DNA of 64,000 nt from Clostridia bacterium (GTDB lineage: Bacteria > Bacillota > Clostridia > Oscillospirales > CAG-272): contig JAFTCN010000063.1 in the NCBI GenBank assembly GCA_017454675.1, positions 16,316 to 80,315 of the forward strand, in the 5' to 3' direction. A program made the position numbers and the translations under genes. Under the pieces are notes generated by a model, which did no database searches, was not told the origin of the DNA, and was given only the letters and a program-made list of their open reading frames with translations. Positions 44,501 to 56,059 of this stretch are shown in pieces; the first letter of the stretch is position 1, and every line of letters starts with the position of its first letter.

Positions 44501-47500
44501 ATGTCAAAAAGCAGCTTCTGTCATCTGCATATCCACAGTGAATACAGCCTCCTCGAGGGGACCTGCAGCCCGGCCGCGATAGCCGCGGCCGCGGCGGCCG
44601 CCGGGCAGGAATACGCCGCGCTGACCGACAGCGGGGTGATGTTCGGCTGCGCCGAATTCATTGAGGCGTGCGAAAAGGCCGGCGTAAAGCCGGTGACGGG
44701 CTGCGAGATAAAGCTCGAGCCGGTCGGAGGCGGCGTGTCGCCTTCCGGGACTCCGGCGGGCGTAAGGTCCTCCAGGCGTTATTACAAACTCGTCCTGCTC
44801 TGCGAGAACGCCGAGGGATACAGGAACCTGTCGTACATCGGGGCGCACCTTGAGACCGACCGGGGAGAGAGGTATGTCCCGGCTTCGCTCCTGGCCGAGC
44901 GCGCGGGTGGGCTTATCGCGCTCTCGGGGGGCAGGGGAGGAGAGATCTTCGAGGCTCTGTGCGCCGGGGACGGCGACCGCGCCGGGCGCGCGGCGGACTT
45001 TTTCGCCGGGGTCTTCGGCAGGGACTCCTTCTTCGTCGAGCTGACCGACCATAAGGACGGCACCGAAAGGCAGCTCATACCATCGCTCTGCGCAGTGGCC
45101 AGGGCCGCGGGAGCGGGGGTCGTCGCGGCGAACGACGTGAGATACGCCGGCCGTGACGGGGCGGAGCTCCAGACGGCGCTCGCCTGCATAAGGGAGGGCA
45201 GGACCGTCGATTCCGGCCCCGGTCTTCCTACCGGCGAATACTACATGAAGAGCACGGCCGAGATGGAGGAGCTCTTCGGGCATATCCCTGACGCGCTGTC
45301 GAACAGCGTGAAGATCGCACAGAGGTGCTCTCTGCCTCCGCTGTACGGAGGCAGGCATCTGCCGTCGTTCCCGCTTCCGCCCGGGGAGACCGCGCCGGAG
45401 AGACTGAAGAAGGACACTGAGGCCGGCATCGTGCGGCTTTTCGCGTCGGGCAGGATCCCGGCGGAGGGACATACGCCCGAAGAATATACCGAGAGGGCGG
45501 AATACGAGCTGTCGGTGATCCGCAGTACGGGATTCGACGACTACTTCCTGATCGTCGCCGACTACGTCGCTCACGCGAAGAGCACGGGTCTGCCGGTCGG
45601 CCCCGGGAGGGGCTCGGGCTGCGGCAGCCTTGTCGCGTTCGCGACCGGCATCACAGACGTCGACCCGCTGAGATACGGGCTCTTTTTCGAGCGTTTTCTC
45701 AATCCCGAACGGGTCAGCATGCCCGATATCGACATCGATTTCGACTACACGCGCCGCAACGAGATGATAGACTACGTAACGGAGAAGTACGGCGCGGACA
45801 GGGTCTGCCACATCGTGACCTTCGTCCGTCTTGCCGCCAAGGCGGCTATACGCGACGCAGCGAGGATCTGCGGCCTCGACTCAGCCGACGCCGACAGGCT
45901 CTGCTCGTCCCTGCCGTCCGGGGATAACGTTTCGCTTTCTTCCGAAGAGACCGTGAAGGCCCTGCGCGGGGAGCTTGAGTCGCATCCCGGGTCCGCCCGG
46001 GCGTTCCGGTACGCGAAGATGATCGAAGGCCTGCCGCGCAGCATGTCTGTCCATCCGGCAGGCGTCGTGATCACCGACAGGTCCGCGAGCGAATACCTGC
46101 CCGTCCTGCGCGACGGCGGCATGACGCTCACTCAATACGACATGGACACCGTGGCGAAGCTGGGCCTGCTCAAATTCGACTTTCTCGCCCTCCGCAACCT
46201 GACCGTTATAAACGACACCGAGGAGGCCGTCGGGAGATACCGGCCCGGCTTCCGCGCGGCTGACGCCGATCTGCTCGACCCGCAGACTTACGCGCTGATC
46301 TCGCGCGGCCGGACCGCCGGCATATTCCAGCTCGAATCCGAGGGCCTGCGCAGGACGGTTATGAAATTCAGGCCGCGTTGCATAGAGGATCTCGCAGCGG
46401 CGATAGCGCTCTACCGTCCGGGACCTATGGACTCGATCCCGAAGTATCTCGAGGGGAGAGCAGACCCTTCGTCTGTGAAATATCCGCATCCGCTCCTCGA
46501 GCCTGTGCTGCGCGAGACATACGGCTGCATCGTATACCAGGAGCAGGTGATGTCGGTATTCCGCATCCTTGCCGGCTACAGCGCGGGACGCGCGGACATC
46601 GTACGCCGCGCGATGTCGAAGAAAAAGGCCGCGGCGCTCGAGGCCGAACGCAGCGATTTCATCGCCGGAGCCTCGGAGCGCGGTCTGTCGCCCTCGGAGG
46701 CCGGTGCCATCTTCGACGACATGTCGTCATTCGCCGGCTACGCCTTCAACAAGAGCCACGCGGTGGCATACGCGCTGCTCACCTTCAGGACCGCCTACCT
46801 CAAGGCCCACTATCCCGGTGAATACGCGGCTGCGCTGATGAATTCCGTCATCGGCAGCCCCGACAAAACGGCGCTCTACGCAGGTGAGGCTGCGGAGAGC
46901 GGCATAGCGGTCGGGCGTCCCGACATCAATTCAGGCGGCGCGATGTTCGGATACGACAGGGAAAAGAGGACGGTGGTGTTCGGACTGTGCGCTGTAAAGG
47001 GCGTCGGGGTACAGCTCGCGGAAGCGGTCGCAGCCAGGCGCCCGGAGGGCGGATACCGCTCGATCGGAGCCCTGATCTCGGCGATCGAAGACCTGTCGCC
47101 CGGCAGACGGGCGCTGGAGGGAATAATCAGATCGGGTGCAGCCGATTCGATCGGCCTTCCGAGGTCGGAGCTCGAGGCGTCGCTCGACGCCGAACTGCGC
47201 CGCGTCACAGAGCTCCGCCGGGGCGGCATCGACGGACAGATGGACATCTTCTCGGAAATTCCTGGAGCCGGAGAGGACGGCGGAGAGCGGCGTAAGACGC
47301 TGCCCGAATACCCTGCCGACGCCCTCCGCAGGATGGAGAAGGAATACACCGGGTTCACTTTCTCCCCCGCCGTGCCCGCCGCGCCCCGCGGCGACGCTGA
47401 CGCACGCGGCTGCTCAGATCCTCCCGGCACACCTTCGGCGGTATACGTGAGGGTGCCGTCGCGCGACTCGGACATCGCGCGGAAGGCGAGGAACCTCGCC

Positions 47501-47686
47501 GGGATCTTCTCGGGGGGATGCCCCTTCAGCATCTATTCGTCGGACACCGGCGAGTACCGGAGGGAGGGGGGCGTCGATGCCTCCGCGTATCTCATTTCCG
47601 AACTCCGGAGGATCGCGGGGGAGGATAACGTCGCCGTGAAGACCAAAGCGCCTGCAAATCGGATGCAATTCGGCATTCATTCATAA
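44501..47686 (+). CDS. dnaE: DNA polymerase III alpha subunit (DnaE type)
   Basis: 1061 aa; N-terminal PHP (FCHLHIHSEYSLLEG), GPGRGSGCGSLVAF, MPDIDIDF and LLKFDFLALRNLT motifs. Confidence 0.95.
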   Translation: MSKSSFCHLHIHSEYSLLEGTCSPAAIAAAAAAAGQEYAALTDSGVMFGCAEFIEACEKAGVKPVTGCEIKLEPVGGGVSPSGTPAGVRSSRRYYKLVLLCENAEGYRNLSYIGAHLETDRGERYVPASLLAERAGGLIALSGGRGGEIFEALCAGDGDRAGRAADFFAGVFGRDSFFVELTDHKDGTERQLIPSLCAVARAAGAGVVAANDVRYAGRDGAELQTALACIREGRTVDSGPGLPTGEYYMKSTAEMEELFGHIPDALSNSVKIAQRCSLPPLYGGRHLPSFPLPPGETAPERLKKDTEAGIVRLFASGRIPAEGHTPEEYTERAEYELSVIRSTGFDDYFLIVADYVAHAKSTGLPVGPGRGSGCGSLVAFATGITDVDPLRYGLFFERFLNPERVSMPDIDIDFDYTRRNEMIDYVTEKYGADRVCHIVTFVRLAAKAAIRDAARICGLDSADADRLCSSLPSGDNVSLSSEETVKALRGELESHPGSARAFRYAKMIEGLPRSMSVHPAGVVITDRSASEYLPVLRDGGMTLTQYDMDTVAKLGLLKFDFLALRNLTVINDTEEAVGRYRPGFRAADADLLDPQTYALISRGRTAGIFQLESEGLRRTVMKFRPRCIEDLAAAIALYRPGPMDSIPKYLEGRADPSSVKYPHPLLEPVLRETYGCIVYQEQVMSVFRILAGYSAGRADIVRRAMSKKKAAALEAERSDFIAGASERGLSPSEAGAIFDDMSSFAGYAFNKSHAVAYALLTFRTAYLKAHYPGEYAAALMNSVIGSPDKTALYAGEAAESGIAVGRPDINSGGAMFGYDREKRTVVFGLCAVKGVGVQLAEAVAARRPEGGYRSIGALISAIEDLSPGRRALEGIIRSGAADSIGLPRSELEASLDAELRRVTELRRGGIDGQMDIFSEIPGAGEDGGERRKTLPEYPADALRRMEKEYTGFTFSPAVPAAPRGDADARGCSDPPGTPSAVYVRVPSRDSDIARKARNLAGIFSGGCPFSIYSSDTGEYRREGGVDASAYLISELRRIAGEDNVAVKTKAPANRMQFGIHS

Positions 47687-47789
47687 ATTATTCACGATTG
47701 TGTGGTATCATTATTAATTGCGGGATAATATTTCCGCTCCGGAAACGCAATCGGGAGCGGGCTTTCGCCGTCAAGGCAGATATGGCAAT

Positions 47790-50489
47790 ATGGAAAAATC
47801 AAGAATCAACTGGATCGAAGAACTGAAGAAGGCCTGGAAGAAGACGCTCCACGCGCTGTGGATCCTGCTTCAGGTGATCGCGGACGTGCTGATAACCGTC
47901 ATACTGATCGCGGTGCTCACCGGGATAATCATCGGCTGCGCCTTCACGGTATATATCAGAAACTACGTCGACACCGAGGTGGACCTCTCGTATTTCAACA
48001 TCTCGGCGGCTTCGAGCACCTCGACAACGTCGATCTACCGCTACGATTTCACCGACAGGGTGAACCGCGAGGGAGAGGCGGTGCTCATCGAGGGAGAGAA
48101 GATATCGGGCGGCAGGGACTCCGAATACGTTACCTACGACAAGATACCCGAGAACCTGATAAACGCGGTGATAGCCATCGAGGACAAGCGGTTCAAGACG
48201 CACAAAGGCGTCGACTGGAAGCGCACCTTCGGCGCCGGACTCAACTTCTTCGTCAGCTTCGACAACGCCAACTACGGCGGATCGACGATCACGCAGCAGC
48301 TGATCAAGAACAACACGGGCAAAGACGAATACTCGATACAGCGAAAGATACAGGAGATCTTCTGGGCCCTCAACCTCGAGACCAAGAAGGACAAGGAGGA
48401 GATCCTCGAGATGTATCTGAACGTGGCCAACTTCGGAAGCACCTACTACGGAGTCCAGGCCGCGGCATACAACTATTTCTCTAAGGACGTGAGCGAGCTC
48501 TCGCTCCTCGAGTGCGCCGCCATCGCCGGCATCACGCAGAACCCCTCATACTACAACCCGATCGTCTTTCCGGAGCACAACCGCGAGAGACGCGAGACCG
48601 TCCTCTACGAGATGCTCGACCAGGAGCTGATCACGAGGCGCGAATACGAGGAGGCGCACGGCAAGGACCTCGTGCTGAAGAGACCGTCGTCGTCGGAGAA
48701 CCTGAGCGAACTGCAGTCAAAGGGCATCAACTCCTGGTATACGGACATGGTCATCGAGGACGTCATCGACGACCTCGTGTCGGAGAAGGGATACTCGAGG
48801 CAGGTAGCCTCTCTCATGGTATACAACGGCGGACTTCGGATCTACTCCCTTGAGGACGAGAAGATACAGAAGCACCTCGAAGCGATCTACCTGGACGACA
48901 GCCGGTTCCCGGCGTCTTCGTCGGGTATGATAGTCCAGTCGTCGGCGATCGTCATCGATCCTTACACGGGAGACGTGCTGGGGGTCGTCGGCGCCCGCCG
49001 GGAGAAGACGGGCAACCGCGTGCTAAACTTCGCCACCCAGACGAAGAGGGCGCCGGGTTCGTCGATAAAGCCGCTCTCGGTATACGGACAGGGGATCAAC
49101 TCCGGGCTCATCAACTGGGCGACGATCGTCGAGGACTCGCCCTTCGATTTCGTGCAGAGCGCGACGGGCTGGCCCAAGAACGCCGAGACCTTCGGCGGGA
49201 ACAACTACCGCGGACTGACGACCGTCGCATACGCGCTGACACACTCGCTCAACACGATCCCGGTCAAGCTCCTCTCGAAGATCGGACTTCAGAACTCTTA
49301 CAACTTCTGCCACGAAGTCCTCGGCATGACCGACATCATAGCGGCGAAGAGCGTTGCAGGAGGAGGAACCGTGACCGACATCGGATATGCCGCTCTCGGC
49401 CTCGGCCAGCTAAACTTCGGCATATCGCTGCGCCAGATCACCGCCGCCTACTCGATCTTCCCGAACAGTGGCATATACAACGAGCCGCACTCCTACCTCA
49501 AGGTGACCGACAGCGAGGGCAACATCATCCTCGAGAACGGGTACAGCGGGAAGGTCGCGATAAGCGAGGACGCCGCCGCGATCATGAACCTCATTCTGAA
49601 CAAGGTCACGACCGAAGGTACCGCAAAGGACCTGAGCTTCGGAAAGCTCACCGGGATAGACGTCGCCGGCAAGACGGGTTCCGCGGGCGAATACTACGAC
49701 AGATGGTTCATAGGCTACACGCCCTATTACATCTGCGGAGTCTGGTACGGTTACGAGTATCCGAAGACTCTGACCGGAGACAACAAGTGCATACCCATCT
49801 GGGATTCTATCATGATCCCGCTGCACCAGCAGTACATCGTGCCGGGAGCTGCGCAGTCGAACTTCCAGATGACCCCGAACATTGTCCAGTGCGAATACTG
49901 CGCCGACTCGGGCAAGATCCCGACCGACGCCTGCGCGCTCGACCCGAGAGGGCACCGGATCGAGACCGGCTACTTCATCAAGGGCACCGAGCCGACCGAG
50001 CTCTGCGACGCGCACGTGATCGTCGACTACTGCACGGCGGGCAAGGGTGTCGCCTGCGAGGACTGCCCGCCCGAGGGCGTCACTCAGGTGGCGCTGGTGC
50101 GCGTGAACCGCAACTTCAACTCGCGGTACAACCCGTCGATCCAGGACGCCCAGTATTCATACATGGATCTGCCGTACGACGTGAGCCCGTATACGACGAA
50201 ATACGTGCCCTTCTACTACAATCTCGCCAAAGCCACGACGGTCGGAGGCGTGACGGTCAACCACCAGACCGGATACACCCGCGGCGCGACGCACTTCAAC
50301 TCGACCTGCCTCGAACACTTCGACTACAACAAATGGCGGGAGAGGGTGAACGAGAGAAAGGCGGCAGAGGCGGCAGCGTCGGCACTGTCGGCGGGACAGG
50401 GAGGCGCGGCATTCTACGTCAGCTGCACCGATCTGTCGAGGCTGTTTACCGGATTCCGGTCCGTGGCTCTTTCCGCGCGGACAAGATAA
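47790..50489 (+). CDS. Class A bifunctional penicillin-binding protein (glycosyltransferase + transpeptidase) with a Cys-rich C-terminal extension
   Basis: GT51 motifs (AIEDKRFKTHKGVD, GGSTITQQLIKN), transpeptidase SxxK (GSSIKP) and KTG (GKTGSA). Start taken at ATG 47790 (MEKSRINW...). Confidence 0.9.
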   Translation: MEKSRINWIEELKKAWKKTLHALWILLQVIADVLITVILIAVLTGIIIGCAFTVYIRNYVDTEVDLSYFNISAASSTSTTSIYRYDFTDRVNREGEAVLIEGEKISGGRDSEYVTYDKIPENLINAVIAIEDKRFKTHKGVDWKRTFGAGLNFFVSFDNANYGGSTITQQLIKNNTGKDEYSIQRKIQEIFWALNLETKKDKEEILEMYLNVANFGSTYYGVQAAAYNYFSKDVSELSLLECAAIAGITQNPSYYNPIVFPEHNRERRETVLYEMLDQELITRREYEEAHGKDLVLKRPSSSENLSELQSKGINSWYTDMVIEDVIDDLVSEKGYSRQVASLMVYNGGLRIYSLEDEKIQKHLEAIYLDDSRFPASSSGMIVQSSAIVIDPYTGDVLGVVGARREKTGNRVLNFATQTKRAPGSSIKPLSVYGQGINSGLINWATIVEDSPFDFVQSATGWPKNAETFGGNNYRGLTTVAYALTHSLNTIPVKLLSKIGLQNSYNFCHEVLGMTDIIAAKSVAGGGTVTDIGYAALGLGQLNFGISLRQITAAYSIFPNSGIYNEPHSYLKVTDSEGNIILENGYSGKVAISEDAAAIMNLILNKVTTEGTAKDLSFGKLTGIDVAGKTGSAGEYYDRWFIGYTPYYICGVWYGYEYPKTLTGDNKCIPIWDSIMIPLHQQYIVPGAAQSNFQMTPNIVQCEYCADSGKIPTDACALDPRGHRIETGYFIKGTEPTELCDAHVIVDYCTAGKGVACEDCPPEGVTQVALVRVNRNFNSRYNPSIQDAQYSYMDLPYDVSPYTTKYVPFYYNLAKATTVGGVTVNHQTGYTRGATHFNSTCLEHFDYNKWRERVNERKAAEAAASALSAGQGGAAFYVSCTDLSRLFTGFRSVALSARTR

Positions 50490-50492
50490 CAC

Positions 50493-50521
50493 TTGACAAA
50501 AAGGTATCCCGGTTGTATAAT
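50493..50521 (+). promoter_or_regulatory. Consensus sigma-A promoter for the lipoprotein gene
   Basis: TTGACA (50493-50498), 17 nt, TATAAT (50516-50521). Confidence 0.75.
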
Positions 50522-50594
50522 AGTGCTAAAGAACAGGGGTCAAAACTGCAATAATTTAACAATAATGATATTATTGAACAATGGAGGAGAATTA

Positions 50595-51077
50595 ATGAAA
50601 AAGACATTGAAAAAAGCGGCAGTCATCGTTCTCGCCGCGGTAATGCTTGCACTCTGCTTCTCGTCCTGCGACAAGACCAAGACCGAAGCGACCAAAGTGA
50701 CCGTCAGCGTCTACGACGAAGATCACGTTATCTTTCTCAAGATAACCGATATGGAGATCGAAGCGGGGACCACGGCCCAGAAAGCCGTCCAGATGCTCTG
50801 CGACGCGCGCAGCGCCTCCTACGTAATCAACACCAGCGGCGGATTCGACGCCTTCACCTTCGGCGAGAGGACGATCAGCAGCCGTGAAGAGGCACTTGAC
50901 AACGGCAACAAGAAGATGTATTCGTTCGGCTGGAAGCTCAACGACGAACTGATGTCCTCGATCGAAGAGGGCGCGACGTATGTGGCAATGTCCGACAAGG
51001 TGCTCGCAAACGGCGACAGAGTCGAGGTCTTCGTCCAGATCGACGAAGTGAAGCCCGACACGGCGGAGAAGAACTGA
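50595..51077 (+). CDS. Lipoprotein, possibly DUF4430-like (unknown function)
   Basis: MKKTLKKAAVIVLAAVMLALCFSSC signal and lipobox-like cysteine. GGAGGAG upstream of ATG 50595. The domain guess is from memory only. Confidence 0.6.
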   Translation: MKKTLKKAAVIVLAAVMLALCFSSCDKTKTEATKVTVSVYDEDHVIFLKITDMEIEAGTTAQKAVQMLCDARSASYVINTSGGFDAFTFGERTISSREEALDNGNKKMYSFGWKLNDELMSSIEEGATYVAMSDKVLANGDRVEVFVQIDEVKPDTAEKN

Positions 51078-51122
51078 TCCGAAAAAAAGCATACGGCATC
51101 ACCGTACGCGAAAAAGCAAAAG

Positions 51123-51155
51123 CGGCCCGGGAAGACCCGGGCCGTGTATATTTTT
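51123..51155. terminator. Rho-independent terminator (bidirectional context)
   Basis: CGGCCCGGG, loop AAGA, CCCGGGCCG, then TGTATATTTTT. An A-rich run lies upstream. Confidence 0.8.
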
Positions 51156-51179
51156 CCAGGTTTTCCTTTCCGAGCACTG

Positions 51180-51527
51180 TCAGTCGCTTGCCGGCTCGAC
51201 GGCAAGCACGTAGAGGCGGCTGTCGGCCGCTATGCCGAGGTTTCGTCTCTGGCCTGCCGTGTACCCGAAAAATCCCCTGTGACGCCCCAGAAGCCTTCCT
51301 TCGGCGTCTGTGAAGGGCCAGGGGAGCGAGGCGCTCCCCGCGGCGGCGTATTCAGGCCTTTTTTCTATGTATCCGCGGGCGTCGCCGTCGGGTATGAAGC
51401 AGATATCCAGGCTGTCGGAGGCCGAGGCCGACGGGAGCTTGAGTTCCGCCGCGGCGACGGGACATCCCCGGAGGCGGAAGCCTCCGGGGATGTTGCGTCG
51501 GGAACAGATCACACCCGCGCGCCGCAC
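51180..51527 (-). pseudogene. mnmA: Remnant of tRNA 2-thiouridine synthase gene mnmA (central third only)
   Basis: The 115-codon ORF aligns by eye to the middle of MnmA: DSLDICFI (compare DS.GICFI), GRLLGRHRGFFGYTAGQRRNLGI (compare G...G.H.G...YT.GQR.GLGI), then ...YV. The N-terminal PP-loop ATPase half and the C-terminal barrel are absent. Confidence 0.65.
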
Positions 51528-51537
51528 AAGAAAACAG

Positions 51538-51566
51538 TTGCAATCCGGCTGCCGGTAGTGTATAAT
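51538..51566 (+). promoter_or_regulatory. Near-consensus sigma-A promoter for secA
   Basis: TTGCAA (51538-51543), 17 nt, TATAAT (51561-51566). Confidence 0.7.
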
Positions 51567-51708
51567 AATATAGAATTACTATAATCCGGGACTGTTGCGC
51601 GCGGCGGGATATGCGCCCGCGGAGCGAACGGTCCGCCGCTTCCGCGTACCGCGCGGCGGGCCGCGGACTTCCCGGAGAACGATACAGATACAAGAGGTCT
51701 TTCGCGTA

Positions 51709-54534
<2,826 letters not shown>

Positions 54535-54582
54535 GAGTGCGCCCGTGAGAGGCGTGACAGAACGGTGAAAGGAGTTCCGGCA

Positions 54583-55992
54583 ATGAGAAGAGCAGATGTT
54601 TCCGGCGGTGCCGGCAGGGGCGGCATGAAGGCCCTTTCCTTCGGCCTTATGCTCGCGGCTCCCTTTTTCCTGTTCAATCCCGAATACTCGATAATCGATC
54701 CGCTCCCGGATTTTATCGGCTACATCCTGATCGTGCTGGCTCTCAGAAAGCTTCGTGACGTCGACTCGCACCTCGAGGCGGCGGCATCGGGATTCGAGAA
54801 GCTGGCGCTCGTGACGGGTGTGAAGTTCCTCGCGGTGTTCTTCTCATTCTCGTCGTGGCTGACCGAATCGGAAAGACCGACGGCCATGCTCCTGATCGCA
54901 TTCATATCGGGCGCCGTCGAACTGATACTCATCTTCACGAGCGGCTGGAACTCCTTTTTCGAAGGACTCGTGTCATTCTCCGAGCGCGAGGGCGGAAGCG
55001 CCGCACTGGTGAAAGGCCGGCGGGGAAGGGAGATCACGCCTGCCGTCAGGCGCCTGACGTTCGTGTTCGTGTCGCTCAAGGCGGCTTTTGCGACGCTGCC
55101 CGAGATGTCGGTGCTGTCGTCGCATACCTATGACGACACCGCTTTCAACTTTTACGAGTACATAGAGCTGTTCCGCGTCCTCGCGATCTTCTTCGGGCTC
55201 ATCGCCGGGACCGTATGGCTCGTCGCGATGCTCCGCTACCTCCGGCTCATAAAGAAGGACGCTGAATTCTTCGAAGCCGCGTGGCGCGTCTACAGCGAGA
55301 ACGTGCTTGGCAGGGAGGGCACCGTCATCCGGCGCAGGATCAGATGGGCGCTCACGGCCGCGGTCGCCGCCTTTCTGTTCACTCCCGACCTGTATGTCGA
55401 CGGCTACAACGTCATCCCCGACGCGCTCGCCGGCCTGCTGCTCGTTCTGGCTTTCGTCCTGCTGCGCAGGTTCTGGAAGAAATGGGTCAGAGGAGTCGTG
55501 ATCTCGTCGGTATATACCGCAGTCAGCGCGTTCACATGGTACGGCAGGTATTCATTCCATCAGCATTATACAGACATCCTCGTGCAGCGCGACTCGGCTG
55601 CCTGGGAGGCCTTCTGGAGGCTGTATCCCGCCGAGATACTGGCGGAGGTCATATTCGCCGCGGCGGCGCTCACGCTGATCTCCGCGCTGACCCGGCTGGT
55701 CCGCGACCACTGCGGATACGTCGGCGCGAACGCGAGCGAAGCATTCAGGGAGTCGCGCCTTTCCGCGATACGGAAGTCGCTTGACCTGAGGCTCCGGCTG
55801 ACCGGCGCCATCGCGGTGCTGACGGCGGGCGTATGCGCCGTCTACGGCTACATCATAACGTTCAAGGGGCTGATCGTGGGCGAGATCTGGTGGATGATCT
55901 GCTTCGCCGTATCGCTCGCGCTGTTCGTTTCGATGCTGGCGTCCGCCCGCGCGATCACGGTCGAATCCGATTCGAAATACATGCTCGACTGA
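54583..55992 (+). CDS. Polytopic membrane protein with an internal two-fold repeat (unknown function)
   Basis: About 10 hydrophobic spans. AAAGGAG lies 8 nt before ATG 54583. The motif F-x-P-[ED]...P-D-x-[IL]-[GA]-x-x-L-[IL]-V-L-A occurs in both halves. Confidence 0.6.
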   Translation: MRRADVSGGAGRGGMKALSFGLMLAAPFFLFNPEYSIIDPLPDFIGYILIVLALRKLRDVDSHLEAAASGFEKLALVTGVKFLAVFFSFSSWLTESERPTAMLLIAFISGAVELILIFTSGWNSFFEGLVSFSEREGGSAALVKGRRGREITPAVRRLTFVFVSLKAAFATLPEMSVLSSHTYDDTAFNFYEYIELFRVLAIFFGLIAGTVWLVAMLRYLRLIKKDAEFFEAAWRVYSENVLGREGTVIRRRIRWALTAAVAAFLFTPDLYVDGYNVIPDALAGLLLVLAFVLLRRFWKKWVRGVVISSVYTAVSAFTWYGRYSFHQHYTDILVQRDSAAWEAFWRLYPAEILAEVIFAAAALTLISALTRLVRDHCGYVGANASEAFRESRLSAIRKSLDLRLRLTGAIAVLTAGVCAVYGYIITFKGLIVGEIWWMICFAVSLALFVSMLASARAITVESDSKYMLD

Positions 55993-56030
55993 GCTTCCCG
56001 CCCCGCCGTACGGCCCGGCGGGAAAGCTTT
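55993..56030 (+). terminator. Probable terminator
   Basis: GCTTCCCGCC ... GGCGGGAAAGC stem (one bulge) followed by TTT. Confidence 0.45.
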
Positions 56031-56059
56031 GAAAATCCCAGAGATAAAGGACACGGCAA

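Noticed and set aside
47200-47686. DnaE C-terminus lacking a recognisable OB-fold as a truncation
   Set aside because: The region after the EKEYTGFTFS motif is divergent, but the ORF is intact and ends normally. I recall similar short C-termini in clostridial DnaE proteins and cannot verify otherwise without alignment.
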